DNA of 64,000 nt, taken from the IMG/VR virus record IMGVR_UViG_3300033068_001847, positions 64,001-128,000 of that record; one strand, 5' to 3'. Shown piece by piece: positions 21,192-31,547 of the stretch. Source of the stretch: a virus. Its lineage: Duplodnaviria; Caudoviricetes. The notes under the pieces were generated by a model. It worked only from the letters and a program-made list of their open reading frames with translations. It made no database searches and was not told the origin of the DNA. The translations under genes were made by a program, and so were the position numbers. Numbering within the stretch: position 1 is the stretch's first letter; each line of letters begins with the position of its first letter.

Positions 21192-23519
21192 TTATGCTGA
21201 ACATCCTACACATTCGTAGTCACCATCAGAGGATTTTGTTTGTTCAGTTTTAGTTAAATCAACACCTAAGTGCTTACCCTTCATTTCAATAGGTTCTGAT
21301 CTAAGATAATACATACCTGTTTTCAAACCTTTAGAGTGTGCATAAAAATGTGAAGAAGATAATTTACCTACTGTTGGAGTTTTCATAAAAATATTCATTG
21401 ATTGAGATTGATCAATGAAAGGTCCACGATCAGCAGCCATGTCAATCAATTCTTTCTGAGAAATTTCCCAAACTGTTTTATATTTATCTTTTATCCATTT
21501 TTCAATTACTGGAATATCTTGAATTGAACTATTATTTTTAATTATTTCATTAATTACTTCTTCAGTCCATAGACCTTCTTTTTCAAGATCTTCAACTAAA
21601 TACTTATTTGAAATTGTATAATCTCCACCTAATACTTTTCTACTATATAAATTATAATTAAATGGTTCAAAACATTCATTAGCACCTGTTAAAATGGCTG
21701 AGGATGCGGTAGGCATACCAGCACAAAATAATGAATTTACAACACCATATTTAATTACATTTTTACGTAACGATTTCCAATCCCACATACCTGACAACTG
21801 ATCTTCTGTAACTCCCCACATATCAAACTGGAAGATACCTTTACTCATTGGAGATCCTTCAAAATATTTATAAGTTTCACCAGTAGCTTTAGCAGTTTCC
21901 ATTGATTGTTCAACTGCTGCAAAGTAAATAGTTTCAGCTATTTTTTTATTTAAATCCCTAGCTTCAAGTGAAGTAAATGGTAAGTTTAATAAAGCAAATG
22001 TATCTGCTAATCCTTGAATTCCAATACCCATTGCTCGTTGTTCTAATCCACCTTTTTTACCCTCTTTGGTTGAGTATGAATTAATGTCTATTACTTTATT
22101 AAGATATTTTGCAACTATTTTAGTTTTTTCATACAATTTTTGAAAATCAAAAGCTCCATCAACTACGTAGTTTTTAAGAACTAAAGAAGCTAACGTACAA
22201 ATAGCTGTATATTCTTCATCTGTTAATACATCCTTACCAGTAGCTTCAACAATCTCATTACATAAATTTGAAGATTTAATTGTTGATATGTTTTGGTGAT
22301 TTGATTTCTTATTAATATTATCTTTAAAAGACATATAAGGCATACCAGTTTCAATTTGAGAGTCTAGGATTTTTAACCATAACTCTTTTGCAGAAACTTG
22401 AGTACCTATACCTAACTCAACCGCTTTATTATATTCAGTTTCATATTCTTCACCGTAAATTTCATATAAAGGTTTTAAACCTGCTTTCTTAATATCATCA
22501 GGACAAAATAAATACCACTCAGTGTTATAATATACTGCTTTCATAAAATTATCTGGAATCCATAAAGCAGTAAATATATCTCTTGCTCTTAATTCATCTA
22601 ATCCACCGTTTTTACGTATATCCAATAAATCTTCAATATCCTTATGCCAAGGTTCTAAGTATACTGCACATGATCCCGGTCTTTTACCACGCTGATTAAA
22701 AAATCGTAAAGCTTCGTTAATCATTTTAACGTACTTTAGCAATCCACCAGCTTTACCATCTTCTTTACCTACGTTACTTTCCTTAGAACGTATATTATGT
22801 AATGCGATTCCAATACCTTCAGCTTTTGCTGAAGATCTGCAAACTCTGTTATGTAAATCAAGTAATGAATCTGAATCATCATTACCTAACATACTTAAAT
22901 TACAAGATGCATATTGAGCATCAATAGTTCCTGCATTTAATGTAGTTGGAGTTGCACTAGAAATTTCATGTAATGATAAACTATCATATAACTCTTTAAA
23001 GTCCTCGAATGTATCAGTAACTGATAATGCAACACGAATATACATGTGTTGAGGACGTTCTAGGTTGTTCTTGTTTTTATCCTTTAATAGATAAGTACTT
23101 CTTAATTTTCCATATCCGAAGTAATCAAATAAGAAATCTCTTTCGTGTTGAACTACTTCATTAATTTGTGTATGATATTCTTTTACCTTATTTAAATACT
23201 CTTCTGTTACAATCCCTAATTCAAATAATCTTTTTGTAACCTTGTAAATATCTTCAGGTATTTCTTTATGTAGTCTCGAAATACCAATATTACCAGCTAA
23301 TCTGGAATAATCAGGATGTTTGAGGATCATTCCAGCAGCAGTTTGTCCAATAAGTTCATCTAACTGCTTAGTGGTCATGTTTGTACCAATACCTTGAGTG
23401 ACTTTTAGAAAAATTGTGTCACTATCAACTTTTAAATTCTCTGCTTGTTTCTTGATTCTATTTAAGATTTTACTTGGATTAAAATCTACTTCTGTACCGT
23501 TTCTTTTTATTATCTTCAT
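21192..23519 (-). CDS. nrdA: class Ia ribonucleotide reductase large subunit with ATP cone; start moved to MKIIKRNG
   Basis: SNLCNEI, CTLAS, MPTASS, DQSQS, KTGMYYLR motifs and C-terminal CxxC. Confidence 0.97.
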   Translation of the reverse strand: MKIIKRNGTEVDFNPSKILNRIKKQAENLKVDSDTIFLKVTQGIGTNMTTKQLDELIGQTAAGMILKHPDYSRLAGNIGISRLHKEIPEDIYKVTKRLFELGIVTEEYLNKVKEYHTQINEVVQHERDFLFDYFGYGKLRSTYLLKDKNKNNLERPQHMYIRVALSVTDTFEDFKELYDSLSLHEISSATPTTLNAGTIDAQYASCNLSMLGNDDSDSLLDLHNRVCRSSAKAEGIGIALHNIRSKESNVGKEDGKAGGLLKYVKMINEALRFFNQRGKRPGSCAVYLEPWHKDIEDLLDIRKNGGLDELRARDIFTALWIPDNFMKAVYYNTEWYLFCPDDIKKAGLKPLYEIYGEEYETEYNKAVELGIGTQVSAKELWLKILDSQIETGMPYMSFKDNINKKSNHQNISTIKSSNLCNEIVEATGKDVLTDEEYTAICTLASLVLKNYVVDGAFDFQKLYEKTKIVAKYLNKVIDINSYSTKEGKKGGLEQRAMGIGIQGLADTFALLNLPFTSLEARDLNKKIAETIYFAAVEQSMETAKATGETYKYFEGSPMSKGIFQFDMWGVTEDQLSGMWDWKSLRKNVIKYGVVNSLFCAGMPTASSAILTGANECFEPFNYNLYSRKVLGGDYTISNKYLVEDLEKEGLWTEEVINEIIKNNSSIQDIPVIEKWIKDKYKTVWEISQKELIDMAADRGPFIDQSQSMNIFMKTPTVGKLSSSHFYAHSKGLKTGMYYLRSEPIEMKGKHLGVDLTKTEQTKSSDGDYECVGCSA

Positions 23520-23606
23520 TTTTATAAATATAAAATTTACCTGATTTATTATTAAAATATTTCCAAGTAGTGCCCTATAAAAAGACAACTACTTGGAAAT
23601 TAAATA

Positions 23607-24566
23607 CTAAAATTCTTCATCAAAATTTAGTTCACCAGTTAAATCAGGTTTTTTATATTCTGTAGGTCTACCCTCGAAAAAATTCTGCTTAGATTTCAAT
23701 GCAATTTGGTTCATAAAATCTAAAGGTTGACTAACATTGAACTCAGGAGTACAACCCATTTGTATTAAAAGTTGATCTGTTACATATTCCAGATACTGAA
23801 TCATTAACTTACTGTTCATTCCTATCAGTGGCACTGGTAGAGCTTCTGTAGCGAACTCTTTTTCTATTTCCAATGCTGATAACATAATCTCTTTTATACG
23901 AGCTTGTGAGGGCTTATTTACAACATGATTATTTAATAAATGAATTGCAAAATCACAATGTAAAGTTTCATCACGTTGGATCAATGCGTTTGATTGACAT
24001 AAACCTTTCATTAATCCTTTTGATTTCAAAAAGAAAATTGATGCGAAAGAAGCAGCGAAGAAAATTCCTTCAACAGCAGCAAAAGCAATTAACCTGTCAC
24101 TGAATGAATCACTTTCAATCCAATTCAGTGCCCAATTAGCTTTTTTAGCTACAATAGGCATATTTGTGATTGCATTAAAACACTCATCCTTTTCTACAGC
24201 ATTTTTGATATAATTATCAATTAACTCTGAATACATTTGTGAATGAATATTCTCCATCATGATTTGGAATCCATAAAAGAATTTTGCTTCACTATATTGT
24301 ACTTCTCTTACAAAATTCTCAGCAATATTTTCACTTACAATCCCATCAGATGCAGCAAAAAAAGCTAAAGTATTTTTAATGAAAAATCTTTCATCATCAC
24401 TTAAATTATTCCAATCTTTTTGATCTTCACTAATATCTATTTCTTCTACCCTCCAAAATGCACTTTCCTGTATCTTATAATAATCCCAAATATCATGATG
24501 TTGAATTGGATATATTACAAATCTATTTTCTTGTTCTTGTAAGATTGGTTCTTTAATTACTGTCAT
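23607..24566 (-). CDS. nrdB: ribonucleotide reductase small subunit
   Basis: FFAASDGIV, ENIHSQMY, VEGIFF, RDETLH diiron motifs. Confidence 0.97.
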   Translation of the reverse strand: MTVIKEPILQEQENRFVIYPIQHHDIWDYYKIQESAFWRVEEIDISEDQKDWNNLSDDERFFIKNTLAFFAASDGIVSENIAENFVREVQYSEAKFFYGFQIMMENIHSQMYSELIDNYIKNAVEKDECFNAITNMPIVAKKANWALNWIESDSFSDRLIAFAAVEGIFFAASFASIFFLKSKGLMKGLCQSNALIQRDETLHCDFAIHLLNNHVVNKPSQARIKEIMLSALEIEKEFATEALPVPLIGMNSKLMIQYLEYVTDQLLIQMGCTPEFNVSQPLDFMNQIALKSKQNFFEGRPTEYKKPDLTGELNFDEEF

Positions 24567-25995
24567 TTCCTTGTGTTGTATTATTATTATTTTCTCTTAA
24601 TTTTCTTTCTTTTTGATCTTGTATTAATTTTAAAGCTTTACCAGCTTTATCTTTTCTTTCAGCTTCTAACGTATCACTCTTTTCCTGATCATATGTTAAT
24701 TGTGATACTAAACTACTAGTTGCTGTATCAAAATAAATGATATCGTTTCTGAAAGTCATATCTTTGAAGATAATACCATCTCCACCAAACCTAGATTTCA
24801 AGATTGCCATGTTAGCTAGATTCGCTGCTTTTTGCTCATTACTTTTAGCAGCCGATATAATTAAGTGAGCTACTTGAGCACGTTTAATTGATCCTTGAAT
24901 TTGATCTGATGTTACAACATCAGCACTGATACCAGATCTGTTTGTTTGGATTGCAACCCAAATTGCAATATCAAATTCATCAGCAATTGTTTCCAATTGT
25001 CTCATAATTAAACTTTCACTAGCTGTTATATCATCAGCAGTTTTACCAGCAACTAAACAATCTAAATAATCAACAATCAACATATCAATTTTACAACCCT
25101 TATTTTGTTGGAAGCGTAAATATTGTTTAATATGTTGAGTTGTTGTTGAATCTGATGGACATTTTTTAAGTATAAGTCTACCACCAGCTTTCCTTTTCTC
25201 AGCAGCAGCAGCTTTAGCTGTATCTACGTGTTTACCAATATCATTTAAAGGTATTCCAGTATTACATGAAGCATGTTTACGTTGAATGGCTTTTTTAGGA
25301 TCTTCAAAAAACATTTGAAGTACATTGAACCCTCTACTGTATGCAGTATTAGCTACTTTAGTTAGAAAAGTACTTTTACCAACACCAAGAGGTGCTAAGA
25401 ATGCAGCTAATTCACCCCTACCTAAACCTCCACCAATTTCAGCATCAATACCGGGAATTCCAGTAGGAATTGGTTTTCTGTAATCATCGGCTAATGCTTC
25501 ATCTAAATCTTCATCTACTTCTATAGAGTCATCTGTTTTATCTGCAACAGTAAGTGCCTTTCTAACAATATCTTCAATAAGATCATAACTTTCAAAGTTA
25601 CCTTTCTTGATAATGTTTTGTACTTGAGTTATTGCCTTTACAATTTCTTGTTGCTTACAAAATTTAAGTGCTAAATCTTGAGTTGATTTATCATCTTCGA
25701 GGGATTTATTCTTTACTTCATTTAGAATTTCTAATAATGAAGCTTTTTGAATATCATCATTCACCTCAGCTAGGATTGCTTCTTTTAATCCAGTAACTGT
25801 AGGTAGTGAGTTATCATATTTTTGATTCCAATCTTTAATGATTGAAATAATATGTTTACAATACTGGTTTTCAAAATACTTTGCCTGTAGTGTAGTGATT
25901 ATATTTAATCCGAATTTTCTATCACATAATATTTGGGCTACTAATTTAAGTTGGAAATCATTGCCAAGATATCCAAAATCTTTTACATCTGTCAT
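24553..25995 (-). CDS. DnaB-like (gp41-type) replicative helicase
   Basis: Walker A APLGVGKST, LIVDYLD, QTNRSG, KSRFG. Confidence 0.9.
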   Translation of the reverse strand: MTDVKDFGYLGNDFQLKLVAQILCDRKFGLNIITTLQAKYFENQYCKHIISIIKDWNQKYDNSLPTVTGLKEAILAEVNDDIQKASLLEILNEVKNKSLEDDKSTQDLALKFCKQQEIVKAITQVQNIIKKGNFESYDLIEDIVRKALTVADKTDDSIEVDEDLDEALADDYRKPIPTGIPGIDAEIGGGLGRGELAAFLAPLGVGKSTFLTKVANTAYSRGFNVLQMFFEDPKKAIQRKHASCNTGIPLNDIGKHVDTAKAAAAEKRKAGGRLILKKCPSDSTTTQHIKQYLRFQQNKGCKIDMLIVDYLDCLVAGKTADDITASESLIMRQLETIADEFDIAIWVAIQTNRSGISADVVTSDQIQGSIKRAQVAHLIISAAKSNEQKAANLANMAILKSRFGGDGIIFKDMTFRNDIIYFDTATSSLVSQLTYDQEKSDTLEAERKDKAGKALKLIQDQKERKLRENNNNTTQGNDSN

Positions 25996-26074
25996 TAAAT
26001 TTATTAACTAATAGTTAAATAATATATTATAGGTATCTTATATTATATACAGTGTTACCTATAATATTTTTGGG

Positions 26075-26269
26075 TTACATTGATTCTAAAATCGAAGTGA
26101 TCTTAGCTCGAATCTTTTTACTTTGTTCTATTGATAGAGCTTCTGAATCGAATCTGCTAAGTGTACGACATAGGTTATCAACAGCATGGATACTTTTTAT
26201 CAAAATATCTAACTTAATTGTTTCGCTTTCTAGTTTGAGATGTTCTAATCTCAATTCATCATCATTCAT
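26075..26269 (-). CDS. hypothetical protein
   Basis: ORF track; co-oriented with neighbours. Confidence 0.55.
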   Translation of the reverse strand: MNDDELRLEHLKLESETIKLDILIKSIHAVDNLCRTLSRFDSEALSIEQSKKIRAKITSILESM

Positions 26270-26271
26270 AA

Positions 26272-26559
26272 TTACTTATTTTGTTCTTCTACAAATTTCT
26301 TAGCTGACTTAATTTCGTCACGCCATTTATTCATGAATTGGTTTTCACGCAAATCATATTTACCATACATGAAGTCAAAATCACGTCTTTTCAGATCACT
26401 CTTGATTTGCTCCGTAATACTTTCTACTAGATCTCTAATATCTACAGAGTTTCTTATTTTAGGATTATAAACATCCGCATCAAAAAATCTACTACAAATC
26501 TTAAAATCATTAACAAATAGTGCAAACTCAAATTTGTTCTCTTTTCTTTTCTCTGCCAT
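26272..26559 (-). CDS. hypothetical protein
   Basis: ORF track; preceded by middle-promoter motif. Confidence 0.7.
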   Translation of the reverse strand: MAEKRKENKFEFALFVNDFKICSRFFDADVYNPKIRNSVDIRDLVESITEQIKSDLKRRDFDFMYGKYDLRENQFMNKWRDEIKSAKKFVEEQNK

Positions 26560-26591
26560 TTTATTTTATATATTTCTTATTGTTTCTTATA

Positions 26592-26623
26592 CTAAGATAA
26601 CCTGCATTTAAAATAAATCAAGT
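26592..26623 (-). promoter_or_regulatory. putative middle promoter ACTTGA-N18-TATCTTAG
   Basis: Conserved motif and spacing. Confidence 0.7.
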
Positions 26624-26627
26624 GGTG

Positions 26628-27701
26628 TTATTCACTTTCTTTCAAATATTTTTGGTATATTGCTTTTTCTTTTTTTACTATGGGTAGAAACTCTACTAAA
26701 AAGTCTTTATATCCATCAGCACCTCCCGGTAATGAATGAATAAAACCATCCTCAACCATTAATCTTAGTAAGTTTTTACCCCCACGTTCTTCATCAGACA
26801 TTGGAGATTTGGTTTGTGATTCAATTTCTTCAATACAAAGTTCAGTTAAAAAAGGTTCTTTAAGATTCACTAGTTTATAATTTAATTCAAATAAATGCTT
26901 ACCATTATAAACGTTATCAACTTTCACTGTAGTTTTTCCATCAATTAAATTTTGTAAAGCTATTAATGGTTTTTTCCTAGACTTATTAATTTCAATTGCT
27001 CGTTCATAAATATGATTAAATTCAACCTTACCACTTATTAATTCAGGAAAATGTTTCAATAAAGTTTTTTCACCAATACCATCCACACCATAAATTTTAT
27101 CTGAATCACACCCTTCAATAGCTTTAATTAAACTTGAATTATCTTGATGATAGTTAAAATATAACCAGTAATTTTTTGGAGTTACTATACTCTTTTTATT
27201 TAATAGATATAAATAAACATTATCTGATATAAGTTGACAGAAATCTCTATCGTTACTTAATATGATACATAATTCACCAGATTCACGTAGATTATCAACA
27301 TAGTAAGCTAAACAATCATCCGCTTCACAGAATTGATCTTCTATTTGTCTTATGAATAATTCTTCCGCATATTGTTTAATTCGTTCTCTTTGTTTTAATA
27401 AAGATTTATCACTATTTTCTTCCCTATCAATATCTTTTTGTGAAAGGATCATTTCACCATACCAGTTCTTATTACGATCATGTTTATATAAAGGATATAT
27501 ATCATATCGTAATCTTCCTGAATTTGCTCCATCCCAAAACAAAATAACCTTAGTTACTTGTTGTTCCATTATAATCCTTCTTAATATTTGATAGAAAGTA
27601 ATTATTGCACCGATATATCCAAAAGAAGTGTAAGTTGTTTTATTACCGTGAAACGAATACTTTAGAATATTTTGAGCATCGACACAAAGTGTTTTTTCCA
27701 T
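26628..27701 (-). CDS. 5'-3' exonuclease / T4 RNase H-like flap endonuclease
   Basis: FWDG...R..IYPLYK..R, EADD, SNDRDFCQL, GCDSDKIYGVDGIGEKT. Confidence 0.9.
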   Translation of the reverse strand: MEKTLCVDAQNILKYSFHGNKTTYTSFGYIGAIITFYQILRRIIMEQQVTKVILFWDGANSGRLRYDIYPLYKHDRNKNWYGEMILSQKDIDREENSDKSLLKQRERIKQYAEELFIRQIEDQFCEADDCLAYYVDNLRESGELCIILSNDRDFCQLISDNVYLYLLNKKSIVTPKNYWLYFNYHQDNSSLIKAIEGCDSDKIYGVDGIGEKTLLKHFPELISGKVEFNHIYERAIEINKSRKKPLIALQNLIDGKTTVKVDNVYNGKHLFELNYKLVNLKEPFLTELCIEEIESQTKSPMSDEERGGKNLLRLMVEDGFIHSLPGGADGYKDFLVEFLPIVKKEKAIYQKYLKESE

Positions 27702-27751
27702 TTTCTTTGTTATAAAAATGGTGAGCTATTTCTAACTCACCATCTATTAAA

Positions 27752-28819
27752 TTATTCTAGGTCTGAACCTAATTCTTCAGCGAAGGTTAAATCAACATTA
27801 CCTGAAATACCTAGTTTATCTAAGATGAATTTTTTATTCTCTTTTTTGTAAGCTTCAACTTCTGTAGGTAAAATAAAACCATGTGCTGTTGAAATTAATT
27901 CACCTTTATAAGATGTTCCATTTATGTGGTTTTTTTCAACAGCTACTTTGGTTTGAGTACCATAACAATAATCTTTACCATCAGCTTTTGCAAATAATTT
28001 CTTAGTTGCATGAGATTGAATACCACCGAAGTGTATGATTAATCTTGAAGCGTAGAAAAATGCTTCCCCGCCTTTATTCTTAATAACACCAGCACCTTGC
28101 ATATTATCCAACCATATTTTATTAACAACCACCATTGTGTTTGTATATGGTTTATTTTCTTTACGAGATCCGGGAATTCTTGCATTAATTAAAGATTTAA
28201 ACGCTGCTTCAATAGCACCTGCATTCCACTGATTATTACTTGATTTTGATTCAACTGATTTATCACAATCTAAAGTACCAACTGAATCCCAAAGGAAACA
28301 TACTTCACATTCTAAATCACCTTTCATCTGATCATCTAAAATTTTGTGACAGAATTGGGCAACATCTTCAATAACCGCTTCTTCCCTATCCTTACCCATT
28401 CTCTTTTTTCCAAACTCGTTAATTAAGTGATCATTATTTATATAAATAAAGAATCCATCATAATTAACGATCTCACCAGTAGATTGGTCCACAATCTCTT
28501 CATATTCAAATCCCATATCACCAGCATGTTTCCAATTCCAACCATTCTCTGTATCTATTATCACTGGTAATATTCCTTGACGTTGACAACCTATAGCTGC
28601 TTCAATTAAAGCTGTAGATTTTCCTGTATTAGAAAAACCTCTTAAAATTGTAACTGATCCTTTTGGTATACTAATACCAGTTACTGTTTGAAAGGCTGAT
28701 GATAACTGAATCCATTCTAATTCTTTATCCTTAACACCATCATCTAATTTATTTACTGCTTTGTAAGCTGATAAGTTAAAATTCTTTTTAACCAATGGCT
28801 TAACTTTCTTTTCTGACAT
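27752..28819 (-). CDS. uvsX: RecA/UvsX-like recombinase
   Basis: Walker A GFSNTGKST, IDTE, WDSVG, GGEAFFYAS, VEKNH. Confidence 0.85.
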   Translation of the reverse strand: MSEKKVKPLVKKNFNLSAYKAVNKLDDGVKDKELEWIQLSSAFQTVTGISIPKGSVTILRGFSNTGKSTALIEAAIGCQRQGILPVIIDTENGWNWKHAGDMGFEYEEIVDQSTGEIVNYDGFFIYINNDHLINEFGKKRMGKDREEAVIEDVAQFCHKILDDQMKGDLECEVCFLWDSVGTLDCDKSVESKSSNNQWNAGAIEAAFKSLINARIPGSRKENKPYTNTMVVVNKIWLDNMQGAGVIKNKGGEAFFYASRLIIHFGGIQSHATKKLFAKADGKDYCYGTQTKVAVEKNHINGTSYKGELISTAHGFILPTEVEAYKKENKKFILDKLGISGNVDLTFAEELGSDLE

Positions 28820-28893
28820 TTATTAATTTTTTATTTAGAGAATAAAAGCCCCATTTCTGGAGCTTTTATTTTATACTTTACCTATTTTAGAAA

Positions 28894-29790
28894 TTAAAAT
28901 GGTAAGTCGTCATCATCAATATCATTCGAAACTATATTAGTTTCTTCGATAGCTTCACCCTTCATTAAAGGATTTTTGTCTACACTATTTGATACTGGTG
29001 CTTTACTTTCTTGAGAAGTATTATTATCGACAGGTACTGCAACACCATCTTCTCCGGGTCTTACATATTTTTTCAATATATCATCCCAATATTGTGCTCT
29101 ACCTAATACAACATCTTCAAGATCTTGTTTAGATTTTGGTCTGAACACATCTTTCCAAGTAGTATCATCTTCAATTAAACTTTTGATCTTTTCTGGAGTT
29201 GAAGCTAAGGGTGTTTTTTCAACACAAGAGATATCTTTAACTAAAGAATTTCCACGATCATCTAACCCGCAAGTTAAAATTAAATCATATCCAGTTTCTG
29301 GATGAATAATGTTTCCATAAACATCAATTTTTGCATCAATTTTATCGAAATCACCATTTCCTTTAAAGTTCTTTTTGAACCTCCAGAATTTAACACCTTC
29401 TTCTTCTTTATTACGATCAATACCTCTAACGATATAAAACGTAGATGATCTATATTTTTTAGCTTCTTCTTTATCACCTGTAGCAACTAATCCTTGATAG
29501 GTATCACATAAAGGGCAATCATGTCCATGTTCTTCCAAACATAAAAGTTTTTGCCATTTAGTTCCAACCTTCATGTAGTGAAATTTCACTTCTTTAAAAG
29601 GAGTTCCACCTTCTTTGTTAGGAATAATACGGAATTTAAAAGTCGAATTTGTTTGACCTTTAGGTACAATCGGGAAAAAGTACTTTTTTAATAATTCACT
29701 GTTTGTGAATTTCTGATCTTCCTTTTTAGGGAATTTTTGATTTTGACCTTGAGCTTTAATAGCTGCTAAGTCATCATTGTAATCACTCAT
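28894..29790 (-). CDS. gp32-like single-stranded DNA-binding protein
   Basis: FRIIP, C...CPLC Zn site, GYDL, acidic DDDDLPF tail. Confidence 0.85.
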   Translation of the reverse strand: MSDYNDDLAAIKAQGQNQKFPKKEDQKFTNSELLKKYFFPIVPKGQTNSTFKFRIIPNKEGGTPFKEVKFHYMKVGTKWQKLLCLEEHGHDCPLCDTYQGLVATGDKEEAKKYRSSTFYIVRGIDRNKEEEGVKFWRFKKNFKGNGDFDKIDAKIDVYGNIIHPETGYDLILTCGLDDRGNSLVKDISCVEKTPLASTPEKIKSLIEDDTTWKDVFRPKSKQDLEDVVLGRAQYWDDILKKYVRPGEDGVAVPVDNNTSQESKAPVSNSVDKNPLMKGEAIEETNIVSNDIDDDDLPF

Positions 29791-29852
29791 TTGTTTTAAT
29801 TTATTTGTTTGTATATATTAATTGGCTAAACCGCCTTATCTAATTCCACTTA

Positions 29853-29884
29853 CTAAAATAGTCCACTTTTGAAATTTTTCAAGT
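29853..29884 (-). promoter_or_regulatory. putative middle promoter ACTTGA-N18-TATTTTAG
   Basis: Conserved motif and spacing. Confidence 0.7.
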
Positions 29885-29918
29885 GCGGGACTGTTTTTTT
29901 ATTTTTAATATCTCTGAC

Positions 29919-30656
29919 TTATTTTAAATCAGAGATATTTGTTTGTTCTGTTATATTTAAAGATTGTTTTATTTTGGTTGGATCATAGTTATCTATGTCG
30001 GCTTGTGTTAAAACATATTCTTTTTCTTTTGCTTCTTTGTCAGCTTCTGCATCTTCCCATCCCCAATAATCACTCAATTTAATATTATATGGATATGAAT
30101 TTTTTGAAATCATATCAAATTGTTTTTCTGGTGAAGGATTTGCAATATCTTCAACTTTTTGTGCTACTTGATCAATTTTTGAATTAACTCCTTGAATCGC
30201 TCCTAAACTGTTTTGTAATTGAGTTACTACGTTTAGTACTTCTTGAGTTTTTTGTATTTGATCGTTTAATTTAATTTCTAAATCATTAGTGTCGGCAACT
30301 GCTGGTTCAGGCATCGGCTCAGGAGCAGGTGCGGGTTCTGGAACAGGTGCTGGAGCAGGTTCAGGAGCGGGTGCTTGTTGTTGCTCTGGTGCTGCTGCTT
30401 GTTGTTGAGGTTGTTCTTGTGGAACACCTACTTCATCTTCTGGTTTAGTTGGCTCGTCCTCATCAATAATTACCTCATCACGATATTCTTCAAAAGTTGG
30501 GAAGTCGTTTTCTGTATTAGAATATTTATCTCCTATTTCTGAAAACTTAACGGGATTTTCCTCATGCATACCTCTTTCACTACCAGTAGCTTTAAAGTGA
30601 TATTCATTCAGATATTTAATTTTATTAAGAGTTTCGGTAATTAAAGTTTTTTTCAT
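29919..30656 (-). CDS. acidic Pro/Gln-rich protein; start moved to MKKTLITE
   Basis: PAPE repeats and coiled coil; ATG lies immediately after the stop of the upstream small ORF. Confidence 0.7.
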   Translation of the reverse strand: MKKTLITETLNKIKYLNEYHFKATGSERGMHEENPVKFSEIGDKYSNTENDFPTFEEYRDEVIIDEDEPTKPEDEVGVPQEQPQQQAAAPEQQQAPAPEPAPAPVPEPAPAPEPMPEPAVADTNDLEIKLNDQIQKTQEVLNVVTQLQNSLGAIQGVNSKIDQVAQKVEDIANPSPEKQFDMISKNSYPYNIKLSDYWGWEDAEADKEAKEKEYVLTQADIDNYDPTKIKQSLNITEQTNISDLK

Positions 30657-30657
30657 A

Positions 30658-30837
30658 TTATTTACTTTCGAAAAGTTGTTCTTTAAGTAATTGGCGACCA
30701 TCTTCTAAAACTAACGTTTTGTCAATGCGTTCAACCAGACCAGTTTTAGCAGGTATTACTACTTCCTTTTTTTCCTTTGTTTCAGGTTTTGATTCTTCCA
30801 AAAAGTTTTCTAAATCTTGTTTTAAATCCTTATTCAT
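30658..30837 (-). CDS. small hypothetical protein, 59 aa, not in ORF track
   Basis: MNKDLKQDLENFLEESKPETKEKKEVVIPAKTGLVERIDKTLVLEDGRQLLKEQLFESK; TATTTATA motif at 30852-30859. Confidence 0.75.
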   Translation of the reverse strand: MNKDLKQDLENFLEESKPETKEKKEVVIPAKTGLVERIDKTLVLEDGRQLLKEQLFESK

Positions 30838-30875
30838 GATATATTATTTACTATAAATATCACGATAATGGATTT

Positions 30876-31511
30876 TTAACACTTTTTAGTTTCTAAAAGA
30901 GGAATGTATTTTTTTTCGAAATCAATATTTAATATTTTCTTATAGGATTGATATACACCATCATCAGTATAATCTTCGGTAAGTGTAATATCAGAAGTAC
31001 CTAGCAGTACAAAAGTTATTTTATCAATATTAAATCTTAATTTTTTATAATAATTGATATCAATACCTAATATAAGTTTTTCTTCTTCGTTGAACATGTA
31101 AATAAAATCTTCAGTAAGATAAACACAATCATATTTATCATTATTACTATATCTTAAAACATGATCTATATTTATTATATTATCAATAATTGGATCAATA
31201 AATTGATACTTATATGGTTTAATTAAATCTTTATATAATTTTTGAACGAATTTTTCCGTATCTTCATTGAAGTATTGTAGTTTTTCATTCGGTGCAAATG
31301 TCCAGTATAGGTTAGGTTTAATTGTTCTTTTTAATATTGAGACCTGATCTCCAAACAATTCCTTACATTTATACCAGCCGATTATAAGGGTTGGACACGA
31401 TAAATCTTCAGTATACTCAGTTTCTACTGTTACTATCGTTATATTTTTCTTACTTAAAAGTTCTTTTATAGTATTATCAGATACTATAATCCTACCCAAA
31501 ATTAACTTCAT
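30876..31511 (-). CDS. hypothetical protein
   Basis: ORF track; preceded by middle-promoter motif. Confidence 0.7.
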   Translation of the reverse strand: MKLILGRIIVSDNTIKELLSKKNITIVTVETEYTEDLSCPTLIIGWYKCKELFGDQVSILKRTIKPNLYWTFAPNEKLQYFNEDTEKFVQKLYKDLIKPYKYQFIDPIIDNIINIDHVLRYSNNDKYDCVYLTEDFIYMFNEEEKLILGIDINYYKKLRFNIDKITFVLLGTSDITLTEDYTDDGVYQSYKKILNIDFEKKYIPLLETKKC

Positions 31512-31515
31512 GGAG

Positions 31516-31547
31516 CTAAAATAGGGTAGGATTTAAATTTATCAAGT
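31516..31547 (-). promoter_or_regulatory. putative middle promoter ACTTGA-N18-TATTTTAG
   Basis: Conserved motif and spacing. Confidence 0.7.

Noticed and set aside
2865-25995. Inteins or introns in polymerase, RNR or helicase
   Set aside because: Lengths and motif spacing look ordinary; no splice-junction or LAGLIDADG motifs were seen.
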